NCBI GenBank assembly: GCA_046758365.1
Contig: JBHIAC010000021.1
Coordinates: 1 to 33,132, forward strand
Origin: a bacterium
GTDB lineage: Bacteria > Zhuqueibacterota > Zhuqueibacteria > Oceanimicrobiales > Oceanimicrobiaceae
Direction of reading: 5' to 3'
DNA: 33,132 nucleotides
Shown here: one piece after another, positions 1-9,260 of the stretch
Layout of the letters: every line of letters begins with the position of its first letter
How positions within the stretch are numbered: the first letter of the stretch is position 1
The notes under the pieces: model-generated
The model's input: the letters and a program-made list of their open reading frames with translations, nothing else
Told to the model about the DNA's origin: nothing
Databases searched by the model: none
Program-made: the position numbers and the translations under genes

Positions 1-183
1 GGTGGCTTTATAGCGGTGGCTCCGCATCCTTGCATGCAGGTCTCGCAGATTGTCCGCAAGATTCTGGCTGTATTCTTCAGCCGTTATGCCATCGACGCCT
101 GCTGCCGCATCCTTGCGGGTCTTGTTGTAGGCCTCGCCAAGAAAGTCAACATCTATCAGATGTGCCAGGGATGTGAATATCCT
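1..183 (-). mobile_element. ltrA: Group II intron reverse transcriptase/maturase N-terminal (RT-0) fragment, no start codon, runs off the left edge
   Basis: Manual translation of the minus strand 183->1 gives RIFTSLAHLIDVDFLGEAYNKTRKDAAAGVDGITAEEYSQNLADNLRDLHARMRSHRYKAT, with the FTxLAH, AxGVDG and NLxDLHxR..RY motifs of group II intron RTs. GC is 96/180 (53%) over 1-180 versus 28/120 (23%) over 181-300. Confidence 0.88.
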
Positions 184-379
184 ATTTATTTTTTTTCCAC
201 CAATCTTGCTTAATTTCTTTGGATAGTTTTATTATCTCTTCATCAAAATTTGCTTTTTTTATTAATTGCTCTACTCTAAATTTATTTAGTAGATTCGTTA
301 AAAAGTCAATGTCCACCGCCTCTTTGTCTATAGTAATGATGACTTTGTCGTTCGTGCTTTTTACTTCTATTGCCTGCAT
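182..379 (-). CDS. Small hypothetical protein, putative antitoxin-like
   Basis: 65-aa ORF with an AGGAG Shine-Dalgarno at 390-386 before the ATG. The C-terminus LSKEIKQDWWKKNK resembles small proteins I recall upstream of PIN-domain toxins. Confidence 0.6.
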   Translation of the reverse strand: MQAIEVKSTNDKVIITIDKEAVDIDFLTNLLNKFRVEQLIKKANFDEEIIKLSKEIKQDWWKKNK

Positions 380-440
380 TTTTTACTCCTATTGAGAATA
401 GATTAATAAGTATGCTTAATTAATCACATGAATAAAATGT

Positions 441-2306
441 TTAATTACTCAATCGCCGAGACTGCAAATTTCTCAGCTTTTGGCGTACCTCTTCAAGATA
501 TACACTCTGCGGATAATTAATCAAAACCTGTTCGTAAGCCTGCTGAGCTTTTTGAAAATCCCCTAAACCCTGCTCATAAATTTCGCCAATTCGTTTTTGA
601 GCCAGTGCATTATAAACACTTTCTGGTTCTCCTTTTAACAATCCTTGCAAGTATCCAATGGCCGAGGTGTAATTCCCACGGATGTTTTCCAATTCACCCA
701 AATCTACAAGAGTCTCATCGATAATGCCTGCATTTGGAAAAATTTCCAATATTCCCTGCAGCTTTTTGATGGCTTCCGAGTACTGCCTTTGTAGTTTCAT
801 TCTTTGTGCCTGTGCATAAGTTTTCAATGCTTCAGAGGAAGCAAGCTGATTTTCTTCAATTAAAAAATTTAGTTCAAGAGCATCGTTCTCATAACTTTCT
901 TCCGCAGTAATATCTTCGCTCAAATTTTCTGTAATCATTTTGAGCTTTTCATTAGCCTTGCCAAAATCACCCTTGACGAAATCCAAATAAGCACTTTTAT
1001 AGAAGGCCTTTTCTTTAATACCTTGATTGGTAAATTGCTTGATTAATGGTCTTTCATACCAAATTTGAGCTTCTTTCAATTTGCCTTGTGCGGCATAACA
1101 ATCCCCGATTCGAAAAAAAGTATTAACTATTTTTGCATTTTTAGGAAATTTATGCAAAATAGCATGATAGGCCTCTAAAGCTTTATCCACCTCAAAAAAG
1201 TCTAAAAAATATATTTCGCCTTTTTGAAACATAGCCTCTTGCGCCCAAGGGCTTTGGGGAGCCGAACTAATAAGCTCGTCGTAGCTTTTTAAGGCCTCAC
1301 TAGAAAGCCCCTGCTTTTGGCTGGCAAGCGCGAATCCATATTGGGCCCGAATTTTATAGGGTGAGTTATTATATTTAGAAAGAATTAAGGCATAAGCCTG
1401 CTGAGCATATTGGTATTCCTCCGCAGTAAGAGCTTGTTCAGCAAAGTGAAAAATCTCTTTCCCTTGTGCCTTATTTTTCCCTTCCAAAGGATCATTCATA
1501 CTTTCAAGGGTTTTAAATTCTTTTAAAGATTTACCATAATCTCCAATCCGCAAATAAAGGCCAGCCAAAAGTTTTCGAACTAAAAATTCCTGTTGACTTT
1601 GGGGTATATATTTTTGCAAAATATTGGCCACTTCTAAAGCATGTTCTGGATCTTTTGAATAACTTGTAATTCTCCCCTCAATATAAGAAAATTGCTTTGG
1701 ATTTTTTTCCAAATTTTTCATAAATTCTAACGTGGCTTCTTTATAATTAAGCCGAGCTATATAAATATTAGCCAATTCAAAAACAAAGAGGTTGTCCTGT
1801 TTAAAAATCTGACGGGCTAATTTGTATACCTCAATAGCCTCACTGTATAGTCTATTATACATCATAGCATTGGCTACATAAATATAAGCTGCTTTATTTT
1901 TTGGATTTTCCTTTAACAAATTATTCCATAACTGCTTAGCCATAGATTGATTTCCGCTTTCATAATAAACGTTTGCTAAATCTGCCTGTAATCGTAAATT
2001 GTTGTTACGCTGAAGTTTCGATTTCATAATCTCAATTAATTCGTTATACATCTTAAGCCGTAGCATATTTCGCTTAACCCCTTCATAGTAGAGTTGATTA
2101 TTGGGAATGAGGTTAAAAAGGGTGCGGTAAATTCTGAGAGCTCCTTCATAATTGCCTCTTCGCTCATAATCTTGGGCTATACGAATGCGATTGTCAATTT
2201 GATTTTTTGATTGAGCTAATACATTACTGAACAAAAATAACCCAAAACTTATGGCTGTTATCAAACCAAAAATCACAAAGCTTTTTATAATATTATTATC
2301 ATTCAT
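441..2306 (-). CDS. Exported tetratricopeptide-repeat protein
   Basis: 621 aa with an N-terminal hydrophobic signal (..NVLAQ) and many TPR-like helices (A..Y..LI..YP.S, RIGDCY, LGEIY). Confidence 0.85.
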   Translation of the reverse strand: MNDNNIIKSFVIFGLITAISFGLFLFSNVLAQSKNQIDNRIRIAQDYERRGNYEGALRIYRTLFNLIPNNQLYYEGVKRNMLRLKMYNELIEIMKSKLQRNNNLRLQADLANVYYESGNQSMAKQLWNNLLKENPKNKAAYIYVANAMMYNRLYSEAIEVYKLARQIFKQDNLFVFELANIYIARLNYKEATLEFMKNLEKNPKQFSYIEGRITSYSKDPEHALEVANILQKYIPQSQQEFLVRKLLAGLYLRIGDYGKSLKEFKTLESMNDPLEGKNKAQGKEIFHFAEQALTAEEYQYAQQAYALILSKYNNSPYKIRAQYGFALASQKQGLSSEALKSYDELISSAPQSPWAQEAMFQKGEIYFLDFFEVDKALEAYHAILHKFPKNAKIVNTFFRIGDCYAAQGKLKEAQIWYERPLIKQFTNQGIKEKAFYKSAYLDFVKGDFGKANEKLKMITENLSEDITAEESYENDALELNFLIEENQLASSEALKTYAQAQRMKLQRQYSEAIKKLQGILEIFPNAGIIDETLVDLGELENIRGNYTSAIGYLQGLLKGEPESVYNALAQKRIGEIYEQGLGDFQKAQQAYEQVLINYPQSVYLEEVRQKLRNLQSRRLSN

Positions 2307-2307
2307 C

Positions 2308-5300
2308 TTAATTATTTATTTCCTCGATTTTCTGCTCCTTTGATAGGGCTTCAAAATATTTTTGGATCAACTCTCTGTAATCTTTAGAATATCCTTCTTT
2401 TAAAGCTTTGAGCAATTCCTCTTTAAGCCGGTCTTTCTCTTTACCCAAATGTGTCGGCAATGTCTGTGGACTCAGAGCATGGTATTCTTTACCAGTTTCG
2501 GCTTTTCGTCTTTTACTATAATCCCGTTGGTGCATAGAGCGTTGGGCATCCAGTAGCCGAGAAAGGATTCGTTTCTGACGGTCGATGGTTTGTCGACTAA
2601 CATTTTGCCGTTGCAATTCTTTTACCACTTCTTCCATGTCTTTACTGATCTGTTCCAAATCACCGAGTATTTCAGTTCGATTTCCCAATTCTTTGCGTAA
2701 CTGTTCCAGAGACTTGTGAACGCCTTGCTGCTCGGCAGCTAAACGGGACATGGCTGCCTGTTCTTCCAAACTCATTGAGGGATTTTCACCTAATTGTAAT
2801 GTTTGTTGATTAATACCTTGCTGTTTATTGGATAGGCCCATGAGCTTCTGCATCATTTCCTGAAAACCAATAGCTGAAGAAGCACCACCCAAGTTTTGCA
2901 TAGAATTACGAATTTGGGCTGCCGCTTCATTTAAACCAGACATAGCCATTCCTTGATTTTTGGTTGACCTGCCGCTATCCCGAGCCTCTAAACTTTGTAA
3001 TGCACTTTGCATACCACTGATAGATCTACCTAAAGCTTTTCCTATTTCTGGTGTTACAAAAAAGGTTTTTTGAGACAACTCATAAAGTTGGTTAGTAACC
3101 CTGGCAAGCCCTGAAAGTAAATCTTGCTGCTTGTCTGCCAATTGATTCATACCCGGTGAGTTTTTGTTCAGACCTTGAGTCGCCTGCATCAATTTCTCTT
3201 GTTGTTTTGAAAGAGTAAGCAAATTGTGGGAAGAACGGTTAAGGGCTTGCATAATTTGCTGCTTCTGTTTTTCTGATAGCTCCTTCTGAGCCGTTTGTAA
3301 GGTTTCTAACAGTTCTTGAAGATTTTGCGCAATCTGCTGGCCTGTTTTTTGTGCACCAGACATATTTCCAGCTTGGAACTGTTGGATGGCTTTTTGCATT
3401 TGCGTCTGCAAGCTATCTTGCTGTATTAGATTTTGAGCCGCCTCGATGCGATTTTGGGGCATCTGGGGAAATTCATTCATACGATTACTCAGCTCATCCA
3501 ACACCTCATGCAAATCGCCGGTATCTTTTCGAATGCCCTTTTGCTCTTGTGCATATTTGCTACGGTTTTGTTTATCTGGTGATTCAGTGGCTTTTTTATT
3601 AAGCTCCTCCTGACGTCGATGGAGTTCCTCAGCCTTTCGTACAGCTTCATCTAATTTTTGCTCAATTTGCAATTGCTTCAGCAAATTTAAAGTACGTTCG
3701 AGACTTTTTAAAAATTCCTCCTGGGAGGCAGTAAATTTTTCCATAGCTTCTTTAAGCTTCTGAGGGTCAATTTCCTCAATAGATTTTTGTAGTTTCCGTA
3801 AGGCTTCTTTTAACTCAGGTGTGAGCATCTCTTCCATAAGATTTTGAAGTTCTCGATATTTTTCCAGAGTTTCAAGAGAGAGTAAATCATTTTGTTCCAT
3901 TCTGCTCACCATTTCGTCCAAATTCTCTTGAAGCTGTTCTAATTTTTGACGCATTTTCTCTTGAACCTGAACCGCTTCCTGCACTTTCTGCTTTTCTTCC
4001 CAATTTAATTCTGGATCCTTTTTCATTTCTTGAACTATCTCGTCTAAATTCTCTTTAAGAGTTTTGCTTTGTTCGTACAAATCTTCTAATCCCTCGAATG
4101 TCTCTTCTTGGCTACGAGCAACTTCTTCATAGATTTCATAAATAGAAGGGAATCGAACCCGATAAGTCAAACTGCGAGAGCTTTTAGGTCCAGATACTAG
4201 ATCGTTGTCAAATGCCTCCGCAAAATAGGTCACAATATCTTCAGGGTAAATGTCTAATTTGGAAACTTCCCAAGTATGATTTAAAATAATTTTTTCTTCC
4301 CTCTCTTTTGGCAATTCTAAATCGAAGAATCGCAACTCTCCTTCTTGGAACCCACCTTGCAAAATTCGATATCCAATTCTGACCTTCGAAAGACCGAAAT
4401 CATCTTCCGCTTCTACAGTTAAAGGTAAAAGCATATCATCACCCAAATCTACATCTACACCGGGAAAGGTAATTTGTACTAAAGGAAACTGATCCTCCAG
4501 TACTGTCATCCGATATTCTATCGGTGCAGAATTGCTCCGATCTTTTCTATCCTTCAATTTAATATGATAACTTCCATCACGCATTAAATTAAATCTACCT
4601 GTTAATTCTTTGTCCGAAATTCTCATTGGAAGTTCTGATTTGTCATCAAAAATTAATTTTGCTTCATTGACCAATTTGTTCGTCATCAAAGAGATTTCAA
4701 TCTGTGTGCCCTTCAAAGCCGTAACATCTCCTACATTTTCATCTAAAAATTGGCTTCCTAATTTAGAATAAGAGGGATATCTCAGTTTTAACTGCAAATT
4801 CCTCACAAAGGGAAGCTCAACAACAGAGATCGAATATTGTGGACTTGATTTTGAAGCAGCTTCCACGAAGTAATTCATATTGTCTCTCACATTTTCAAGC
4901 GTAAAAGTAAATTGATTATCCTGTTGAGCAGAAAGAAAATATTGATCAAATTCTTTAGCGTCCTCTTTTTTCAAGGCAAGTATAACCTCTGACACTTGAG
5001 CTCCTACAATTTTAGCACTTATCTGCACATGGTCTCCCTTAACCACTTCAATATCTCCAGGAGAAACGCTTAGAGTAAGCCCAGTGTTTTTGGGGAAAGC
5101 TCGTAAAGGATGAATCAAGCGATAGGAAGCCTTTAAGAAGTCAGAAGAAAATATAAACGTGATTAGAACAAAAGCCGTTAAACCTCCCAGCCACAATTTA
5201 AAAGCTTTTTTTAAATAGGTGACATCGGCTACTACATCAAAATTAATATCCTTAATTTCTTCATTAATTAATTCAAGTGAAGTATCCGCCAGTTCCAAAG

Positions 5301-5688
5301 AATATCCTTCTGGATTTTGTTTATGCTTTTGAAACACCTGCAAAGCATCAGCCAACCTATCCCGTATGCTGGTAAAATGATTACCAACTTTTAGAGCCAA
5401 ACTTATATCGTTGGGAGACTGCGGCCGAAAGAAAATTGAAAAAAGTGGTCGCACAACCAACCAAATCAATGAAGTCATCACAATTAAAAGAACAGCACTA
5501 AGTAAAATAAGACGAGGTTGGGAACTTAATCGAAAAATAGCTTCTACTGAGAGCGCAGAAATACTCAGGGACATCAAAATAATTAAAAACGTGATAAACC
5601 CTCCTGCCAAATTCAATTTTTTCTCTCTTATTCTAAGGAGATTTAATCGAGATATGATTTTTTGATAAATTTCTCTGTAAGCTCGCAT
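2308..5688 (-). CDS. DUF4175-like membrane-anchored protein with beta-rich middle and long Q/E-rich coiled-coil C-terminus
   Basis: 1126 aa with 3 N-terminal TM stretches, the AEDDFGL and EAFDNDLVSGPK motifs, heptad-rich coiled coil, and C-terminal YRELIQKYFEAL. A GAGGT SD overlaps the upstream stop codon. Confidence 0.75.
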   Translation of the reverse strand: MRAYREIYQKIISRLNLLRIREKKLNLAGGFITFLIILMSLSISALSVEAIFRLSSQPRLILLSAVLLIVMTSLIWLVVRPLFSIFFRPQSPNDISLALKVGNHFTSIRDRLADALQVFQKHKQNPEGYSLELADTSLELINEEIKDINFDVVADVTYLKKAFKLWLGGLTAFVLITFIFSSDFLKASYRLIHPLRAFPKNTGLTLSVSPGDIEVVKGDHVQISAKIVGAQVSEVILALKKEDAKEFDQYFLSAQQDNQFTFTLENVRDNMNYFVEAASKSSPQYSISVVELPFVRNLQLKLRYPSYSKLGSQFLDENVGDVTALKGTQIEISLMTNKLVNEAKLIFDDKSELPMRISDKELTGRFNLMRDGSYHIKLKDRKDRSNSAPIEYRMTVLEDQFPLVQITFPGVDVDLGDDMLLPLTVEAEDDFGLSKVRIGYRILQGGFQEGELRFFDLELPKEREEKIILNHTWEVSKLDIYPEDIVTYFAEAFDNDLVSGPKSSRSLTYRVRFPSIYEIYEEVARSQEETFEGLEDLYEQSKTLKENLDEIVQEMKKDPELNWEEKQKVQEAVQVQEKMRQKLEQLQENLDEMVSRMEQNDLLSLETLEKYRELQNLMEEMLTPELKEALRKLQKSIEEIDPQKLKEAMEKFTASQEEFLKSLERTLNLLKQLQIEQKLDEAVRKAEELHRRQEELNKKATESPDKQNRSKYAQEQKGIRKDTGDLHEVLDELSNRMNEFPQMPQNRIEAAQNLIQQDSLQTQMQKAIQQFQAGNMSGAQKTGQQIAQNLQELLETLQTAQKELSEKQKQQIMQALNRSSHNLLTLSKQQEKLMQATQGLNKNSPGMNQLADKQQDLLSGLARVTNQLYELSQKTFFVTPEIGKALGRSISGMQSALQSLEARDSGRSTKNQGMAMSGLNEAAAQIRNSMQNLGGASSAIGFQEMMQKLMGLSNKQQGINQQTLQLGENPSMSLEEQAAMSRLAAEQQGVHKSLEQLRKELGNRTEILGDLEQISKDMEEVVKELQRQNVSRQTIDRQKRILSRLLDAQRSMHQRDYSKRRKAETGKEYHALSPQTLPTHLGKEKDRLKEELLKALKEGYSKDYRELIQKYFEALSKEQKIEEINN

Positions 5689-5695
5689 AATTACC

Positions 5696-6364
5696 TCAAT
5701 GGGTTAAAGCATAAACCATGATGTTAGTTCCCATCTCAAAAGCTTTTTGTCGTACTTCCGGTGGGTCGCCATGAACATTTGGGTCGGCCCAACCGTCGGA
5801 AATATTAGTGTTGAAGGTATAGAATACAACCATCTGTCCTTCATGAAAAATTCCGTAGCCGTGAGGTGGGCCGCCGTCGTGCTCATGAATTTTAGGAAGG
5901 CCATTGGGAAAATCAAAATGGCTGTGATAGATTTCATGAGAAAATGGAATTTCAAAAAGTTTCTGGTCTGGAAAAATTTTCTTAATTTCTTTACGAAACG
6001 ACTTGTCCATGCCATAATCATCATCAGCATATAAGAATCCACCATGGGTTAAATAATGCCGCAGTCTTTCCACTTCTTCATTTGAAAAAGATATCCGTCC
6101 GTGTCCGGTCATATAAATTACTGGATAAGAAAATAAATCTTCATCCATAATTTCAACAACTGCTTCTGAATTTCCTACATCGATATTCGTATTATCGGCC
6201 ATAAAATTCAAAAGGTTTGGAATAATGGAGGGATCATTATACCAATCTCCGCCCCCATGATATTTAAGCCGAGCCAAAATAAATTCGCTTTTTGGTTCCT
6301 TTGTTTGAGCTAAAATATTTGAAAATATTAAACAGAGAAAAAGAAGTAATATTAATTTTTTCAT
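5696..6364 (-). CDS. DUF4159-family exported protein
   Basis: Signal peptide, then ARLKYHGGGDWY, YMTGHG, GGFLYADDDYG, GLPKIHEHDG and DGW motifs typical of this family. Confidence 0.85.
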   Translation of the reverse strand: MKKLILLLFLCLIFSNILAQTKEPKSEFILARLKYHGGGDWYNDPSIIPNLLNFMADNTNIDVGNSEAVVEIMDEDLFSYPVIYMTGHGRISFSNEEVERLRHYLTHGGFLYADDDYGMDKSFRKEIKKIFPDQKLFEIPFSHEIYHSHFDFPNGLPKIHEHDGGPPHGYGIFHEGQMVVFYTFNTNISDGWADPNVHGDPPEVRQKAFEMGTNIMVYALTH

Positions 6365-6373
6365 ATTGGAACC

Positions 6374-6907
6374 CTATAAAATTTTAAAGCCTACCATCAC
6401 CACCATCGCCACAGCGGCTGCTATTTTTGTTAATTTGCCACCGACAGACCCTAAAAATGCACCAAACCCTGCACGCAGTGATTTTTGCATATCCTTGGAA
6501 CCAAAATATTCAAATAGGGTAGCTCCTGAAAACGCGCCTATAAATGCACCCAATATCGTACCAATTAACGGAAACATGGGTGTTAACCAGATGGCCCCGA
6601 AAAATCCACCCACAATGGCTCCAAACATCCCCGGCTTAGAGGCACCATATTTTGCGGCCGCAGCAGCTCCCATGAAAAACTCAACAACTTCGGCTAAAAC
6701 AGATATTAAAAATAATATTCCAATAAATTTCCACGTTACTTCTGCAAAATTTGTCAGCCAGCCATAAATTAGAGTGTTACCAACGATGATAAAAGTCCCA
6801 GGAATTCCAAAGGGAATAATTACTATACCACTAATCATTACTATCCAGAATATAATTTGCCCTAAGATTTCTAAAATAAACATACTAGAATAAATCCTTT
6901 GAATCAT
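6374..6907 (-). CDS. DUF456 (YqgC-like) membrane protein
   Basis: Hydrophobic and Gly-rich, with PFGIPGT, AKYGASK and GAFIGAF motifs. An alternative start at ATG 6883 follows AAAGGA. Confidence 0.8.
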   Translation of the reverse strand: MIQRIYSSMFILEILGQIIFWIVMISGIVIIPFGIPGTFIIVGNTLIYGWLTNFAEVTWKFIGILFLISVLAEVVEFFMGAAAAAKYGASKPGMFGAIVGGFFGAIWLTPMFPLIGTILGAFIGAFSGATLFEYFGSKDMQKSLRAGFGAFLGSVGGKLTKIAAAVAMVVMVGFKIL

Positions 6908-6918
6908 GAGAAGAAAAT

Positions 6919-7009
6919 GCCCACTGAAATGGAAATCCTACAGAAAATAGAAAGGGGATTAAAGAGAGTTTTTATCAATTATTTCTGTGGGATTTCTTTT
7001 TCTGTAGCC
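6919..7009. repeat. 91-bp imperfect palindromic element (28-bp arms, 35-nt loop)
   Basis: Arms are 6919-6946 GCCCACTGAAATGGAAATCCTACAGAAA and 6982-7009 TTTCTGTGGGATTTCTTTTTCTGTAGCC; 22/28 positions are reverse-complementary and the inner 15 bp match 14/15. Confidence 0.7.
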
Positions 7010-7053
7010 TAAAAAGTGTCATCTTTTAACCCTATGATCGGTTACATATTCAT

Positions 7054-8337
7054 CTATTCTTTTACCTCAATATAAACGTCATTTTTTATCTCTTCCACCC
7101 ATTTCTCAAATTCACTCCCACGTTTTAGATTTAACGCCCATTGTTCAATCTGCTCCCAGTCTTTCGTTATATTGAGTTTTCTCGCTGGTCTTCTTTCATT
7201 AACTTTTATTAAGTGGTAGCCGAATTTAGTTTTCACGGGATCTGAGATTTCTCCTTCTTTTAATCCTACAATGGCCTTTTTAAAAGACTCAATTTGAAAT
7301 TGATCTATCTGAAACCAGCCCAAATCACCCCCTTTGGATGCGGTAGATTCATCTTTTGAATATTTTTTTGCTACTTCCTCAAAAGTTATTTCTCCGTTCT
7401 GAATCTGTTCTTTAAAATTCTTTAGCTTTTCTACCGTGGTTTTTTCATCCTCAGGAGAAGTGTCCAAACGAATAAGTATGTGACGTGTGTTGATCTTTTC
7501 TCCCCGTCTTTCAATGAGTTGTATGATGTGAAATCCAAATCTAGTTCTGACTATTTCTGATATATCTCCTGGGTTTAAAAGAAATGCCGTTTCTTCAAAT
7601 TCTTTTACAAAATCCCCGCGTTCTATAAATCCTAAATTCCCTCCACGAGATGAAGATCCTGCATCTTCGGAGTACTGACGAGCTAATTCCTCAAAATTTT
7701 CACCCTTTTTTAATCTATTTAAAATCTCTTCAGCTTTTTGTCTGGCCGCTGCAACAGCCGCTTCACTGGGTTCTACATTCAGTAATATATGACTGATTCT
7801 TATTGATTCTTTTAATTCTGGCAGGCTATCTCGAAAAACCTTATAGAACTCTTCTATCTCTCTACGAGAAATTTGAACTTCACGATCTTTCTTATCTCTT
7901 AATGTTCTTACTAAAAGCCCCTCTCTTACTTCATTCCGGAAATTCCGTTTAATCTCTTTGAGGGTTAAACCAAAATATTTTTCCACTTTTTCTTCAGATC
8001 CAAGTTGACCTACCATTTGTTGAATCTGTTCTTCAAGGACGGCGTCTACCTGTTTATCGTTTACGACGATGCTGTCTTCTTTAGCTTTTACGAGAAGTAC
8101 TTTTTGTGTAATTATATTATTTAGCGTCTGTTGTCGCAATTTATCAAATTTATCTGGTTCTTTCTGAGGATCTAAACCAAGCTGTAAAGCCAAACTGTAA
8201 GTATATTGAAAAAGCTCTGATTGTAGAATTATCTTATCATCTACAATGGCCACGATTTTGTCTAAAACCTCTTGCGCCCAAAGGGCTTCCATTGAAACTA
8301 CAAACGTGAGTAATAATAAAAATTTTTTCTTAATCAT
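7054..8337 (-). CDS. surA: SurA-like periplasmic chaperone / parvulin peptidyl-prolyl isomerase
   Basis: Signal peptide, SurA-type N-terminus EVLDKIVAIVDDKIILQSEL, and two parvulin domains (SHILL..GGNLG..FGFHII; RHILI..GGDLG..FGYHLI). Confidence 0.85.
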   Translation of the reverse strand: MIKKKFLLLLTFVVSMEALWAQEVLDKIVAIVDDKIILQSELFQYTYSLALQLGLDPQKEPDKFDKLRQQTLNNIITQKVLLVKAKEDSIVVNDKQVDAVLEEQIQQMVGQLGSEEKVEKYFGLTLKEIKRNFRNEVREGLLVRTLRDKKDREVQISRREIEEFYKVFRDSLPELKESIRISHILLNVEPSEAAVAAARQKAEEILNRLKKGENFEELARQYSEDAGSSSRGGNLGFIERGDFVKEFEETAFLLNPGDISEIVRTRFGFHIIQLIERRGEKINTRHILIRLDTSPEDEKTTVEKLKNFKEQIQNGEITFEEVAKKYSKDESTASKGGDLGWFQIDQFQIESFKKAIVGLKEGEISDPVKTKFGYHLIKVNERRPARKLNITKDWEQIEQWALNLKRGSEFEKWVEEIKNDVYIEVKE

Positions 8338-8345
8338 TACTTATT

Positions 8346-9218
8346 CTAATCTCCTATTTGAATTAATGAATCTAAGTTAACTGAGCCTAATAATTTAAAA
8401 TTCGTTTGGATTATGGTTTTACTTTTCATCTGCAGAAGAAAACGTTGAAATCGCTGCTGCTTAATTTGAGACTCTAACTTGAGCCTAATTTCTTCTTTTA
8501 CTGTCTCAAATCTTTTTAGATCACCTTTATTTTGTTTATCCACTAATTTGATAATATGATAACCGAAATCGGATTTTATGGGAAAAGAAAGGGCACCAAC
8601 TGGCATAGTAAAAACTACCTTTGAAATTTCAGGAATAACCTCATCCCTCGAAAAATAACCTAAATCCCAATCAATGTTTCCTGCTAAATCATCATTTAAT
8701 TCTATACTCAATGTCTCAAATGTCTCTCCACTTCTAAGACGTTTTCTAATAGTATTAGCTTCTTTCTGGGTTTTAATTAAGATATGATATGCGTGAACAA
8801 CATCGTCAGTCAAAATAAAACTTTCTTTATTATTATTAAAATATGACTGAATTTCTTTATCGGTTACAGAAACATCATTTGCTAACACTACCTCAATTAA
8901 TTTATTAATAAGGATTTCTCTTTTCAGTTTTTCGAATTCCTTTTTTACATCCATTCGATCATCCAGCTTTCGCCGTCGCGCTTCTTGATAAAGCACCTGG
9001 TTATTTATCCACCTCTGTACGTATTCCCGAATATCTAATGAAGTGAGATTGGAACGAATTTCTTTGGGTATTTCTTCCATTATTTCATCAAGGCTGAGGG
9101 TTTCATTCCCAACAATAGCCAATATATTCTTTTCTTGGCTTTTAGGTTTATTACAGCTTGTCCAAGCTACCACAAACAATCCAATACAGAAAATTTGCAT
9201 TAATTTTAATAAATACAA
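8346..9218 (-). CDS. PpiC/PrsA-type parvulin peptidyl-prolyl isomerase lipoprotein
   Basis: TTG start after a GGAGG SD, lipobox-like WTSC, and a single parvulin domain (HILIK..DLGYF..SDFGYHII). Confidence 0.85.
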   Translation of the reverse strand: MYLLKLMQIFCIGLFVVAWTSCNKPKSQEKNILAIVGNETLSLDEIMEEIPKEIRSNLTSLDIREYVQRWINNQVLYQEARRRKLDDRMDVKKEFEKLKREILINKLIEVVLANDVSVTDKEIQSYFNNNKESFILTDDVVHAYHILIKTQKEANTIRKRLRSGETFETLSIELNDDLAGNIDWDLGYFSRDEVIPEISKVVFTMPVGALSFPIKSDFGYHIIKLVDKQNKGDLKRFETVKEEIRLKLESQIKQQRFQRFLLQMKSKTIIQTNFKLLGSVNLDSLIQIGD

Positions 9219-9260
9219 TGTGTTGCCTCCGTTTTTGGCTTATTAATTTTCAAATTTTTA

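Noticed and set aside
16..213. Plus-strand 65-aa ORF in the ORF track
   Set aside because: It is the antisense shadow of the RT fragment and crosses the GC junction; the minus-strand frame carries the recognisable motifs.
2308..4140. Q/E/K-rich repetitive character of the 1126-aa protein suggesting SMC or a tandem repeat
   Set aside because: There are no Walker motifs and no exact DNA repeat unit; this is ordinary coiled-coil composition.
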